Positions 1 to 12,056 of a DNA stretch of 64,000 nt are shown here, one piece after another. This DNA is from Auanema rhodensis (taxonomy: Eukaryota; Animalia; Nematoda): assembly GCA_964057225.1 (NCBI GenBank), contig OZ059896.1, positions 15,934,001 to 15,998,000 on the forward strand, in the 5' to 3' direction. Below the pieces are notes generated by a model. It did no database searches, was not told the DNA's origin, and saw only the letters and a list, made by a program, of their open reading frames with translations. A program made the position numbers and the translations under genes. Numbering within the stretch: the stretch's first letter is position 1; each line of letters starts with the position of its first letter.

Positions 1-912
1 CTTTTGCAACATTGTATTTTTTTTTTCTAGATATTTAGCATGCTCATGTTGCATTTCCTGGCGCAGAAAAAACTTGTTATGATCAAAGATTTATGAAGAG
101 TATATGACTAACCTATTCACGAATTTATTGAAATTGTTATTGAGCTTGAGATTGATCATCAATCTCATTTTTCGTAATACCTTTTGATTATAATCTCCGA
201 AATGCACGAACTCAATGGGCCCACTCGATCAGATTTAGGTGAAATCGATATGAAATACCTTAGCAAACATTGAAATTCTTGAAAATGAGCGAAAATGAAG
301 TGGAAAGATTTTTAGAAAGTAATTGCGTGAAAAGGATTTTCAATAGCTAGTTTGTGTGTGTTAAGCAGCAGGGCGAAGGTAAGCTTTAACGTTACCTGCG
401 GCACCACTACTTAGCACCTACATTAGCTTGTATAGGGTTGGGAACATTTCAGACAAAAAGGAAGAGAAATTGAATAGAAATGAGGAAGATATTGAGATAG
501 AAAAGCTTTGTCATCATGGGTGTCTACGCAAAATATGCTCGAACTTTACGACGTAATGTTGAGCATGAGCTGCCAGATTGCCAGACTTGCTAGGATTATA
601 TGCTTCTAGACTACGTGGACATTAATGCTCAGCACATCCGCTGTGACAACAAACAATAGAAATAGCTTTGTACACAGAAGCTGCACACTATAACGGCAGA
701 TGAAATCTGAAGACGATTCAGAATGACTTAGTTACAACGTGAATGCATAAATAAGTTCATGGGAAATATCTAGACTCGTAGCCATCTGAAAAGGTCACAT
801 CGAATTCGTTATCTAGATCATACATGGTCCTCCTCATTTTCTCTCCTCGCACATCACTTCATACATTCTTTGTTTCTCTATTTTTTTCTGATTCTGTCTC
901 AATTTTTATTTC

Positions 913-918
<6 letters not shown>

Positions 919-960
<42 letters not shown>
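919..960. repeat. (CT)n microsatellite within a longer CT-rich tract (to ~1030)
   Basis: Perfect CT dinucleotide run; explains the spurious SLSLSL ORFs. Confidence 0.95.
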
Positions 961-967
<7 letters not shown>

Positions 968-2372
968 CTCTCCCCCCCTCTCTCTCACTCTCTCTCTCTC
1001 TCTCTTTCTCTTCATCTTTCTCTCTCTCATTTCATCTATCAAAGTTGTTCGCAACAAATACTCACACATCGAAATAGGCGAGATAGAAAATGAAATGTTT
1101 TAGATGAAAAGAGATGGTAAAAAGGGTATTATAGCCATATAATGAATTTCGTTATATTAAAGGTCGGACCAATTCGATGGGAACATTGATCAAAGACATG
1201 CCTTATCTGGCTCCATGACCAGGAAGGAGGAAGACACAATGGAAGGGACTGATAGGGGTGGCAGGTTAACAGATCGGGTAGACAGTTGCTTTAGTATTGC
1301 AGTAACAGGCTTGAGTGTGATAATTGAAACAATCGAAAAACAGTCAATTTTGAAAGTAAAAAAACAAAATTCAACTTCTTTTCTGACTGCTGCAATGTAA
1401 TCTTCCACAACCCATCACGAGTCCCTCGTAATACTTCAATACTCTTCGCTTTGAAACAGAGAGAAGTATTATGATTGGCTCGTGATGAATTGTGGAAGAG
1501 GAGCATGAGATGGATGCTACAGTTGTGGGAACAGATAGAGGACACACTGAGGATAGGCCGAGCAGATTTATATGAGCTGCTTGTTAGACAAGCTGAATAC
1601 ATATCTGATATGGCAAACTTGGAGATGAGACTGTTAGAGAATTAGATAATAAAGAGAAAAAGAGAGAGATTAAAAAAGAAACGACGAGGAGAAGCAGATG
1701 GAAAACGGGGGGAGGGCTGGGCATGAGCAGAATAAAACGTGGAGAGACCTATATGAAGAGATAGACGGATGGATGGCTGCTAAAAGGAATGGGAGGAGAA
1801 AAAGATAGAGAGAAAAAAGAAAGAGAGAGAAAGAATAAAAACAAGAGAAAAAGAGAAATAGCAAGAGAGAGGCAGAGAGAAAAAAGGCGAAAAGGGGGAG
1901 GGGTATGCTGTAAGAGGGTGGTGTAGAAGAGAATGATTGTCGACGTGTGGTCATTTATGACAATAATTCTTTATTAAAGTTGATCAGAATCCAAAAAGAA
2001 CAATTAATCAAAAGCGATATAATTTGTGTCTTTATATGGATAAAGAACAGGTGTGAAATACAGAAAATGTCGTTTTTTTCGTCAGATTTACCCCCTGTTT
2101 CTCCACCTCGCATATTGGTATTGGTAGTTTTGTACTATATTTCATTGTTCCTTCCCACGCTCCCCCCCCCCCCTCCCTTGATACACAGAATCAGCAAATA
2201 ATTTTTTAAATTTTCATTTATATAAAAGGAAATGATATGAGGTTATGAATTTTTCAAAATAACAATAAAATATTACATTTACATACGAGATAACGATTCA
2301 AAGAATAGAATCGACTACGTTATAGATCATTTCTTCAAAATTAGATAGAAAAGTTATGTACAAACTTTTCAG

Positions 2373-2622
2373 GGAGAACATCAGAGTTTGAATGATTATG
2401 ATGGAAACAAGTACTATATAATCCCGGATAAAGCTTCCAAATATCTTCAAGCTATTCGGGTAGGTTTTCATTTCATCCCTTCCTCGCTATTGATGTGTTT
2501 AGATTTTTAATCAAAATTGTATTTAAATTCATTTTCAGAGCGGACAACTAAATATTCCACATTATGCTCCTGAAAAAACTTTAATTGGTATTAATGGTGG
2601 AGTTGGAATTGGTGGCCGATAA
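2373..2622 (+). CDS. Last two exons of a small unknown protein (GEHQSLNDYDGNKYYIIPDKASKYLQAIR/SGQLNIPHYAPEKTLIGINGGVGIGGR*); 5' exon not resolved
   Basis: TTTTCAG acceptors at 2372 and 2538, GTAGGT donor at 2460; exons 2373-2459 and 2539-2622 join in phase 0 and end at TAA. Confidence 0.55.
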
Positions 2623-3607
2623 GCTGTGAATATATTACATATGCATTTAGTCTAATCAGACTGAATGAACAGCTAGCTTGTTCAAGCTTGTAACATTTAT
2701 TATAGAAGTTCAGTTTTTATAGCATTAACATTTTTAATATTATTATAATACTCAAAGAATCTTCGTTATATTCGCATTTATTTCTGGGCTCAGCTTTACT
2801 TTTTGCACCCTTGAACGCTTGGTAATGCTCATGCAGCTATTTCAAGCTTAATCCTGATACTAAAGTGTTAGTTTCGAGACAATGACACTAACAAAAAATT
2901 TTGTGAGGACAACAAATATAAAAAAGAGCCAATTTCTGCATTCATCACCATCATCATCACTCAATGGACAACTTTAACGTTTCTTAGTCGTCGCAATCTT
3001 TCTAATCTTCCCTCGCACTTTCAAACTCACTACTACTTTCGACTGAAACATACGAAAGACATCTTCAAGAAAATAAGATCTTATCGAGTTTTTCAGTTGC
3101 CCTATGATCGTATCTTTCAAAGTTTGTACATACTGTCGAGAAAACTGAAATTTTAAAATTTAACTTTAAAACATAGCAATGTTCTAGACTCTCTTTCTCT
3201 CTCTTAAATGTTTCTCTCTCTCAAAGCTTAAAATAAAAATTTGATAATGATTAGATATTAAAGTATATGTTTTAATATGAATAATGAATTAACTATTTAT
3301 AAAAATTAAAGAAATGAATTGAATTCAGATAGAACTTATTTGTACAGTTTATAAAGCATAATTGATTGGTATAGAGGATTTCGGTAGCACATAACTATCT
3401 GTTTTAATTGTCTGATATCATATCTAGAGTATAAAAATCATATGATACTACTAACTAAATGCTATTGAAGACGAACATCAAGAAAAACTAATAGCAGGCA
3501 AGTAGACAGACAGCCAGGCAGACAAAGTTATCATCACGGTAAACAGCCGACAGACAATACAGCGATTAGGTGTGTGATGATGGTAAGAATGAAGTCATTC
3601 ATTCAGT

Positions 3608-5172
3608 TCATACATGCAAACATGGTTTCAATGGGATGCTTGGAAACGGTTGTTCAGATGATGATTCTGAATCTGTTGTAGCTTTCCGCTCATCAGCTCG
3701 TGATGTTGCAATATCGAGCATGACAGCTGACGATGGGTCATTTCTGCTGGAGCTTGGAATATCATGCGTTATCGTTTGCTGCGGTTTTGGTAATGAAAAT
3801 GGAAAAGCGGAAGAGGAGGTGGGTATGTCAATATCAGAATAGCTGGGCGGAGCATTCTGAAACAAGCAGACTTTAGGTTATATCATGCTATCAGAATTAC
3901 AGACCAAAAGATAGCTGCGAGATTGCCCTCCTCTCTGACGATCTTGACGCTTAATCCGTGTAGCTGAAGCTGTAACTAAACTTAACCGTCATTTGCATTC
4001 TTTCTTACCTCGAACTTTCTGACATAAAATGTAAATAACGATAAGTATTAGTATGAGGAATACCGACGATAACTGCAAAAAGCATACATTCTATTCACGT
4101 TTCAAGCTTTTTCTCCAATCAGAAATTGAAAGAAACATGTTTTGATGGAAAACTTATTGATCTAGGAAAAACACAAAAAATCAGATGCACTTCTAGCCAA
4201 TTTAATGGCAAAGATGTACATTTCAAGTTCGACCGAACTTCATGCACAGTACACGTGAACGTGAACGTTCACGGTACGACAACATGCAATGCACGTCAAC
4301 GTTCACGTATTATGCGTTTTCTTGTGATGTATAATATTATTAATAATAAGCTTATAAGATAAATTAGAGGAATAGAAGAACATACGATGATGAGAACGTT
4401 TATGAGCATACGAGCTTCGTCTAAATGCTGAATACTATCCATTTGCTGACTATTTATAATCACATGAGGTTGCTCAAGATTATGTTGAACAACTTTTTCA
4501 AAATTTGTCATAGGCTCCAGTTGTTGTATCTTCTTGCTGCAGAGAAGCCAATAATTAGATTGGTAAATGATTAATATTTCTTACGGAAAACGAGAGTCTA
4601 GAGACAGTTGGCATAAATGGCCAGTGTATCCAGGGAAACAATCACAAACCTTAATTATATTTTCAAAAATTATGCCTTTAAGACTTAATTTTACCTCTAA
4701 ATCAATTTGACCACGAATACATCTAATATCAGTGTACATTTTGAAGTCTTCATCTGGATGAATACAACTGAATTGTAAAATAAGATAGATAGTTGTCTAT
4801 TAAATCTCATATATAGATTACTTACCTAACATTCATAGCTCTACCACTTCGACATCTTGCTATTCGCTCACAACGCTTCCCAAAAAAGCCAGGCTTGCAT
4901 ATACATCTTCTAGAATTATATATACATATATATATAATATATAAGAATTTTTCTTAGATTTTTAAGAGTATTACTTTGAAAAATGACGATCTGGAAGCTT
5001 ATGTGTACCAATAGAATCGCATATTTTCGACATTTTTTCCAGAGCTTCAAAGGATACTGAACAGAAAAAACTATTTATCATATTTTATTTTAAAACATTT
5101 AAGCTTACATGATGACAATATACTTGATGTGGTTACATGTGAAAAAAGAATTAAAAAAACAATGGGCAACAT
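3608..5172 (-). CDS. Single-pass type I membrane protein: signal peptide, EGF-like cysteine modules, TM helix, cytoplasmic tail with PPSY motif (8 exons)
   Basis: Spliced translation: MLPIVFLILFSHVTTSS... CICKPGFFGKRCE ... CDCFPGYTGHLCQ ... MLINVLII|LSSVFLILILIVIYILCQKVR ... NAPPSYSD...; all junctions GT-AG and phase-consistent. Confidence 0.8.
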
Positions 5173-5427
5173 CTATAAATAATTTAATAAAAAAATTCAT
5201 CCCATATATTAAAAGTGTATATAAAATAATATAAGAACAGATGAAAATATTATATCTAAACGTTTTCAAGAGTAACATGATCACTTTCAGCTGTCTTATA
5301 TGCACATCTGATAAGGTTGAACAAATCAATATCCAATGAGTTTATGATTAGAACTTTTACGGTGCTCAGTTTTGCTGGCCTATTTTCAAAATTGCTTATT
5401 ATTTTTATCAAATATATAATATTTCCT

Positions 5428-5734
5428 GGCGCTGGTATTGTTTCGCCCACCCCCCCCCTAATAATCAGAGAGTTAACATTAGAGCGCGCTTATAACATTT
5501 TGGGCACACACCAGCTTTGCATAAACTAGCGGGAGTGCTCTATCCCAGATCCGGGGGGTCTGGGGGGGTATCCCCCCCAGATAGAGAAAGCTTCAACAAA
5601 ATTTAAAAGTATTAAAAGTATCAGAGAGAGCACTCCCACTCACAGAGATGAGACTCTTTATTTTCAGGTAAAAAACGCATGCGCTCTAATGTTAACTCTT
5701 AGGGGGGGGGGGTGGGCGAAACGATACCAGCCCC
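5428..5734. mobile_element. Non-autonomous TIR DNA transposon (MITE), 307 bp, 8-bp TSD, GG termini (Merlin- or hAT-like)
   Basis: TIRs GG(C/G)GCTGGTAT(T/C)GTTTCGCCCACCCCC...GAGTTAACATTAGAGCGC; TSD TATTTCCT at 5420-5427 and 5735-5742; second copy at 16639-17125. Confidence 0.92.
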
Positions 5735-5892
5735 TATTTCCTTTTTATAGATGATAAGACGGAATATATGTTCTGTTATTTCGTAGCTGAAAGAAATTCG
5801 AAATGTTACGACTTTGCGAACTTTATTATTTAACCGGTATTTGGAATAAGAATGATAAGATCATGAAGGTTATGACAGATGTTACTATTAAA

Positions 5893-7134
5893 TTAACAAT
5901 CGAAATCATCATCGTTTTTAGGAACCCAAAGATATAACAGTTGGCCTGCAGCTGTGAGAAGATGCTGCTTTTTAGGGTGTGCAGTCAAGGAATGGACAAC
6001 TTTAGAAGGATGTTCCAGCTTGGCTTGAATATCCGAGTCCAGTAAGCTGCAAACAGATGAAAATATATAGGTATGCCAAGTCTAAAGTAGTTGAGGGACT
6101 TACCCGTAAACATAAACAAAACCATCTTCGGAGCCGGTTGCAACATGTTCAATGTTATGCAAAACAACACTATTAATCTTATATTCAGAGTTCACATGTC
6201 CTTTATATCTGAAAAAAGTTCAAATACAGCCAAAGGCGTAGAAAATGATGTACTGTGTTAACATCTTTCCGTTTGATTTATCCATTAATCGCATATTTCC
6301 GTCTTGAGTCGAAGCTAAAATGCAATTGCCATCCGGAGTAAAGCAGACGGAGTTCACACTTTCGCCAAGGAAATCAAAATGAACCTAAAGAAAACTTATA
6401 TATAAGTAAGAGCATTGAATTGTAAATTACAGTTCCGTCCCTAACATTATAGATCCTATAGTTACAATCAGCAGAACCAGCAACAATTTCATAACCGTTA
6501 ACTTCAATCGAAAGCACACCGTCAGTGGCTTCGTTGAAAACCTATTAAGTTTTAATAAAAAACAGTAAAAAATATAGATATCAACTTGAACAGCTTTATC
6601 TGTTCGACTTCTATTATCAAAAGCTTTCAAAGTACCATCCATTGAGCCAGAAAACACTACATTAGACTCTTCATTGAATGCTACTGTATTTACGCGAGCT
6701 GAAAATTAATTCATGAAACACTATCGAGTTATCAGGGAACCTCCATGAGCTCTCCATCTTCGTAGTTGCTTTCCAGACTCTACATCAAACACAGTTACAG
6801 CTTTATCTGCTCCTCCGGTTACTATCTGAGAGTTATCTGATGACGATGCTGCGTCGAACACCTAGCACATGGCATAAACGTGAAAATTAATATTGGTCTT
6901 CTAAAACTTGCCTCATTTCCTGTTCCACAATATGTTTTAAGTAATGTTCCCTTTATGGGATTCCATAATTTTACTGTTTTGTCAGAACCACATGATAAAC
7001 AGTAGTTTCCATCCACTGAATATTCAAAGTTAAGACTACTGTGAAATACCAAACACACCATTATATTTAACCCCACGCACTGCACCCTGCTTACAATCTA
7101 TTACTCGTGCTCTAATCTGAGGTACTTTTAACAT
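5893..7134 (-). CDS. WDR83: WD repeat-containing protein 83 (MORG1) homologue, multi-exon
   Basis: MLKVPQIRARVIDCKQGAVRGVKYN|VDGNYCLSCGSDKTVKLWNP...; YKGHVNSEYKI...ATGSEDGFVYVY; ends LLYLWVPKNDDDFDC*. Confidence 0.9.
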
Positions 7135-7354
7135 TTCTGAAGGTTTAAGAAACTCAATACAGCAATTAAAATCAAGAATCAAGTATTTCGTTGTTTTTGA
7201 AACGATATATTGTGATAGAAAACAAGGCATAAAAAATTAAAATTTATTAAACCGTAATAAGCGTACCGTTGATCACACACCATTTCTAGACCAAAAAATC
7301 ACAGAAAAACCCTAACAAAGATTTTCGGCAGTAAGTATGCTATGCAGAAAGAGA

Positions 7355-7626
7355 TCAAACTATTGGCAATTCCTTCTGCTCACTAAGAGCCCTAGATTCA
7401 TGTAAAATGACGTCGTACGAAACACCCTGAAACAAATATTTTTTTATCAAACTTTTGTTATTACTATGATATTCTCTCACTTGATGAAAAGCTGACGAAA
7501 CAAAGTGTTTATTAGCTGTTGCTGTCATTGCGCGATAAGAATCACCGGAGCCGAATATTATCTGGAAGTATTGATGGTTATACGAAAAACCGGAGAGTAC
7601 GCCCGTGCTTCCGTGGCGCAATAGGC

Positions 7627-7662
<36 letters not shown>

Positions 7663-9162
7663 GAGCCCACCCGGGAGCGAAAAATTTTGCATTTGTCATT
7701 TCGAATGTACTATATTTAGAATTCTTTTCTTGGAACTCCAACAAATTTCGAGATGAGTTAATATATACCATGCTTCTGTCATTTATCCTCTCTGATTTTT
7801 TAAGAGCCAATGTTCTTGCAGATACTTGATCTTCAACGACTCGAACTTTTTGAAAAAGTTCTTCCAATCTAGATCTTTCGTTATCTCCAGCCACTGTTTT
7901 CATAATACTTATCACAGAATCATGTGCTGTTTTACATATAATTAATTCTCTATCTAAAATACGAGCATATAGTTAAAAAGTATTTTTATGCTTGCCTTTA
8001 ATCAATTTTAAAAGTTCCGTTCTAGCAGGAGTAGTTTTCTCCATTTCGGCTTGACTAGTTAATAAAGTGCTATTAAACCTTAAAATAACTTTTTTTTTGT
8101 TAAATATAAATATTGAATTATACTTGTGCTCAGTGCCTCCAGGATGAGTTAAATTGGATACAAGTACAAAAACAGCGGACACGTCCAAATTCACACACGG
8201 TGCAGGGGAAGAAGGATCTACTTCGCTTTCGGATCTTCAATATTAAATATTTTAATGTTTAAGTTTTCAAACAACAAACTCTTCGTCAGGTTCTAGCATT
8301 TCCAAATAATCCTCAGGAATCTGTGCTATTTTATCAATAGGAATCTTAGATGGAGATGAATATAGTTAAGGTGTTAGTGTTTTGTTTCTTACTTGTTCCC
8401 CTATAACATTAATTTTCATTGATATTAGCTTCTTAGCCATCAAGTCAGGAATGCCAGAAACAAACTGAAACACAACTTCAGGAGGAGTGAAGTTTTTTTG
8501 AAACAGATTTGCCATCTGAAAAAATCATGAATTGTGAAGACTGGAATACGTTCTAACATAAAGGTAGTTTTCAGCTTGTTCGAATATATTTCTATTTGTA
8601 CTAGCTAGCCAATCCATGCATATTCCTTTAGCAGACCGAGAAATCACTTTAATCTGAAGATATTGATCATTATATAACTAGATCAAGCATTGGAAAAAAC
8701 CCATTGATCTCCATTGGAAGCAACCAAGTCCACAGTGTGTTTAAGAGTGCTGAAAGTGGTGATTCGAATACTCAGATAATCAAAAAATTTGACAAGGTAG
8801 ACGACAACTTACTCATTCAGTGATGGATCAAGGATAGAAAATGTATTGAAAACAGCCGTAACTCCACTGAACACATCAATAGCTTTAACAACATTTTCAA
8901 AATGTGTCACATTACTTGTTTCAATATATTTCTTCTCCAAGGGGCATTTTCCTTCTTCAAGCTTAAATAATTTCTCCTTAGCATAGATAAAAAACTTTTA
9001 ACTAACCGATTCCAAAAAACGTATTTCACTAGCTAAGCGATTTCTTAACTTCACAACCCCTCGTAGCTTAGCTATACTCCCTTCTTTCAATTGTTGATCT
9101 AAAGACCTTGCAGTACTCAGTCGACGTTGCAACATGGATTTTAATGCTCCTTCGTCTTCCAT
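7355..9162 (-). CDS. UPF0415 / C7orf25 (DUF1308) homologue, multi-exon
   Basis: Motifs KLRNRLASEIRFLES, SNVTHFENVV, VDLVASNGDQW|IKVISR, VNLDVSAVFVLVSNL, IIFGSGDSYRAMTATANKHFV, HESRALSEQKE. Confidence 0.85.
7607..7679 (+). tRNA. tRNA-Asn (GTT)
   Basis: 73-nt cloverleaf: acceptor GCTTCCG/CGGGAGC, anticodon arm TTCGG-CT GTT AA-CCGAA, T-arm GGTTCGAGCCC, downstream TTTT; lies antisense within intron 7562-7768 of the DUF1308 gene. Confidence 0.97.
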
Positions 9163-9339
9163 CTGATAGAATATAAAACTAAACAATTCATAGATTCAAA
9201 AAAATACAGATATAGTCGCATCGCAATTGACGATAAAATGAGAAGATATAGATTCTGTGAGAGTCTGTCATATACTTAAGAAGAAATAAGTTATAAAAAC
9301 CCGTATGTTTAAAAAAAAGTTGTTTTATATTCAAATGGA

Positions 9340-11025
9340 CTATCGGAAGCAGTTGGGGCAAAGTCGAAACTCCATAGGGACACCATCACGAAAATCAACC
9401 TGAATTGCACATTTCACAACTTACTGGCCATGCATGCGACTTACTGACTGGCAAAAACTTAGTACATCTATTATCTCTGTTTTTACAAATAGAATATCTC
9501 TTGGACATGTCTACGAAAGGAAAAAAGAATTATGATAATATCGATTAGTTACTTTAAAGCATCTGTAGCACAAGCAAAGAGCACTCGTTGACTGTATTCG
9601 AACATTCCAAGGTAGCCAAGAACTGTATTTCTCCTTTCTGACATTTGCCGAACTTTTTTCGAATCAAGTATACTTTACCTACGTATAATGCTTAAGAACT
9701 GCCCAAGCAAGATGAACAAGTAATGGAACTTTTGGCCGTATCTTCACTTCTACCAAGTTTGGCTGATAATTTCCATCTGCAAGTCCAAAATAATCCAATC
9801 TGAGATTTATCAGGGTCCCAGGCAAAGAAGAGAATTCATTTCTTGATATATCTAAGGTCCGCAAAGAACGAATAAGACCAAGCTGAACTTAATCGGTTAC
9901 CCAATTTACTAGAGAAATTAAGCCATATACCTCAATTGGTACTGATTTTAGATTGCAATTTCTAACTTTCAATACTTTTAAATTCGGTAATTCACACACT
10001 TCCGGAGGGATATGGCCGATGGCGTTTTCGCTGAGATCTAAACTGAGCAGAGAAGGTGGAAGCTGCAAAAATTTTACCTGAAAAATTTAACAAATGAAGT
10101 TTTAACAAAAATTAAAAGATACAGGTATGTTAGTTCTAGATAAATTGAGTTCTCGAAGATTACTTAATCGTTTTAATAACAATAATCGGGAAAACAACTG
10201 ATGCTCGTTCTAAAACTTAATTGATTAGTATATGAAAGAAAGTAAATGCTTCACCAATGTATCTGATACGAACACTGCTCCAGTCAGATCGAGGACTTCC
10301 ATTTTGCTAAGCCCAAACCACGCTGGACATACAGAGGGAAGAGTAACTAAAACAAGGATAGAAAATCCTTTAAATAAAAGACAAACCATTAGTTATTTCT
10401 AATATGACAATTGTTGAAGGATATCCTTGCCTATTATACTCTTTAACCATTTCTTTGGTAGTTAAGCTTAGTTTTTTAGGACCTAATGATGGAGCAATCT
10501 ACAAGTATTGTTTGAAATTAAGATGTTTCCTCTTAAAATTTCACTGGATCTGATTTCAGAGATACATCAAGGCCTTCCCTGGATTTAATTATAGAATCCA
10601 GAAATCTGCGCAATGCACGAGTATCACACTAAAAAACACATGATAACTAAGAAAAAACTGTAGATATTGTCCAACATCACACAGAAAGTAAGTATCTTGT
10701 TTGCATATTAAAGTTATTTTTCCGGCCGGGACATGAGTTGATATAACATTAGTAACATTGTCTTTTGTTAACTGAAACTGTATCTCTTAGAAATATTCAT
10801 AATATTCAATCTTACAGCTTCTGTAATATCTCTTTTGGAATTTGCTAGAGCACATTTCATCACAAGATGGTTAGATCCCTACAAAATGCCAACTTTGTAT
10901 CTTGAAATCCATTCAATTCTAACTTTCATTCTAGTTTTCATAAGTGTTACGACTGCTTTAACAGGACGTTTACCGCTAACTCCTGCAGTTCCTTTTGCAG
11001 TAGTTATCTTGCATTCAAATCTCAT
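9340..11025 (-). CDS. lrr-1: Leucine-rich repeat protein 1 (CRL2 substrate adaptor) homologue
   Basis: N-term MRFECKIT..., HVPAGKITL; LRRs (LRELNLSRT, LLSLDLSENAIGHIPPEVCELPNLKVLKVRNCNLKSVP, LRTLDISRNEFSSLP); BC-box-like VPLLVHLAWAVL; C-term GVPMEFRLCPNCFR*. Confidence 0.75.
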
Positions 11026-11213
11026 ACTGAAAAACTTAATTTTCACGAAATTGAATGATTAACTTGTACAATTTTTACAGCCTCATACATTTTAACGAAC
11101 TTTATAATTTAAAACATATCGAAACTTTAAATCTAGAAAATCAACGTTGAATCAAATGCTCATCAGGTTTAATGTAATATTTTCGCATACCGTACTTACT
11201 TACTTATATATTC

Positions 11214-11229
11214 ACATTGGAGCGCGCTT
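11214..11229. promoter_or_regulatory. Candidate promoter motif ACATTGGAGCGCGCTT ~190 bp upstream of lrr-1
   Basis: Isolated GC-rich GGAGCGCGC motif in AT-rich DNA upstream of the first gene of the cluster; near-identical to a sequence in the MITE TIR. Confidence 0.35.
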
Positions 11230-11667
11230 CGATAAAAACTATTAATAACTCCAGTTTCCTCATTTTAAATTCTTACTAATTGTATTTTTCATCATATTAC
11301 CATTCTTGATTTCTGGTTATAATTAAAAAATTTTGTAACTATTCAAGAAGAGTTTTTTGAGTTTTTGCTAATTTTGAATACATTCGGTTGTATTGTTTTT
11401 TCTTCCTCTGTATATTCTCCGAACACGTATTTTTATTATTTGAAAACATTTAGTTATTAATTTGTAGTCATCGATAAACAAAACAATTTCTTTGAACTTC
11501 TTTAGAAATCAAATTATAAAGGAATGTATGTAAGTTTCTTCATTGAATATCATAGTTAAAAGATCACTGTAGGTATACTGTACAACTATCGCTAACTTTT
11601 CGATTTCTGACAGCATCAAATTTTTAATTTTTTAACGCTACATATTAATTCGATCTGGTAAAAATTC

Positions 11668-12056
11668 GTATTTCCTTTAACCTCCCCTAATTTTGCTAAA
11701 GTTCACCTCTTCTATTTAAACGAGAGTACAATTCGAATTTTTTTGTAATCCAAATGTATCTTACCATGGAAAATATACTGCGAAGAAGCCAGTACTATCT
11801 TTCTTCCTTATATGATTCTTTTATAGAGTTCAAAAGGACTAAAAGATCCTGGTTTAATTTTACTTACAAGTGTTTACATTGTTTACTGGACTTCTGGACA
11901 GTCATATGTGATTTTAATGGCTATTAACAGGTTGGATTTCCAACCTCTGCAATAGCTATATCAGCGTACTTTTCAGATTCGTGGTAGTATGTCTTCCACA
12001 ATACAATATTTTTACTTATAAGTTTGTTAGGAATACGATTATTGTTTTAAATATAT
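11668..12056 (+). pseudogene. Internal fragment of the srx-type GPCR gene (part of intron 2, exon 3, part of exon 4)
   Basis: Near-identical to 17829-18225 apart from a 9-bp deletion at the start of exon 3 and a few substitutions; no start exon or 3' exons. Confidence 0.85.

Noticed and set aside
376-398. Short imperfect palindrome (AGGTAA...TTACCT) as a possible DNA-elimination or regulatory motif
   Set aside because: Single short occurrence, no adjacent telomeric repeats, not distinguishable from chance.
824-1954. Several ORFs in the CT/GA-rich region
   Set aside because: Low-complexity microsatellite translations; the overlapping ORFs at 1190-1602 have no recognisable motif or consistent splice structure.
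7605-7829. 74-aa plus-strand ORF
   Set aside because: Translation of the tRNA and the antisense of a real exon.
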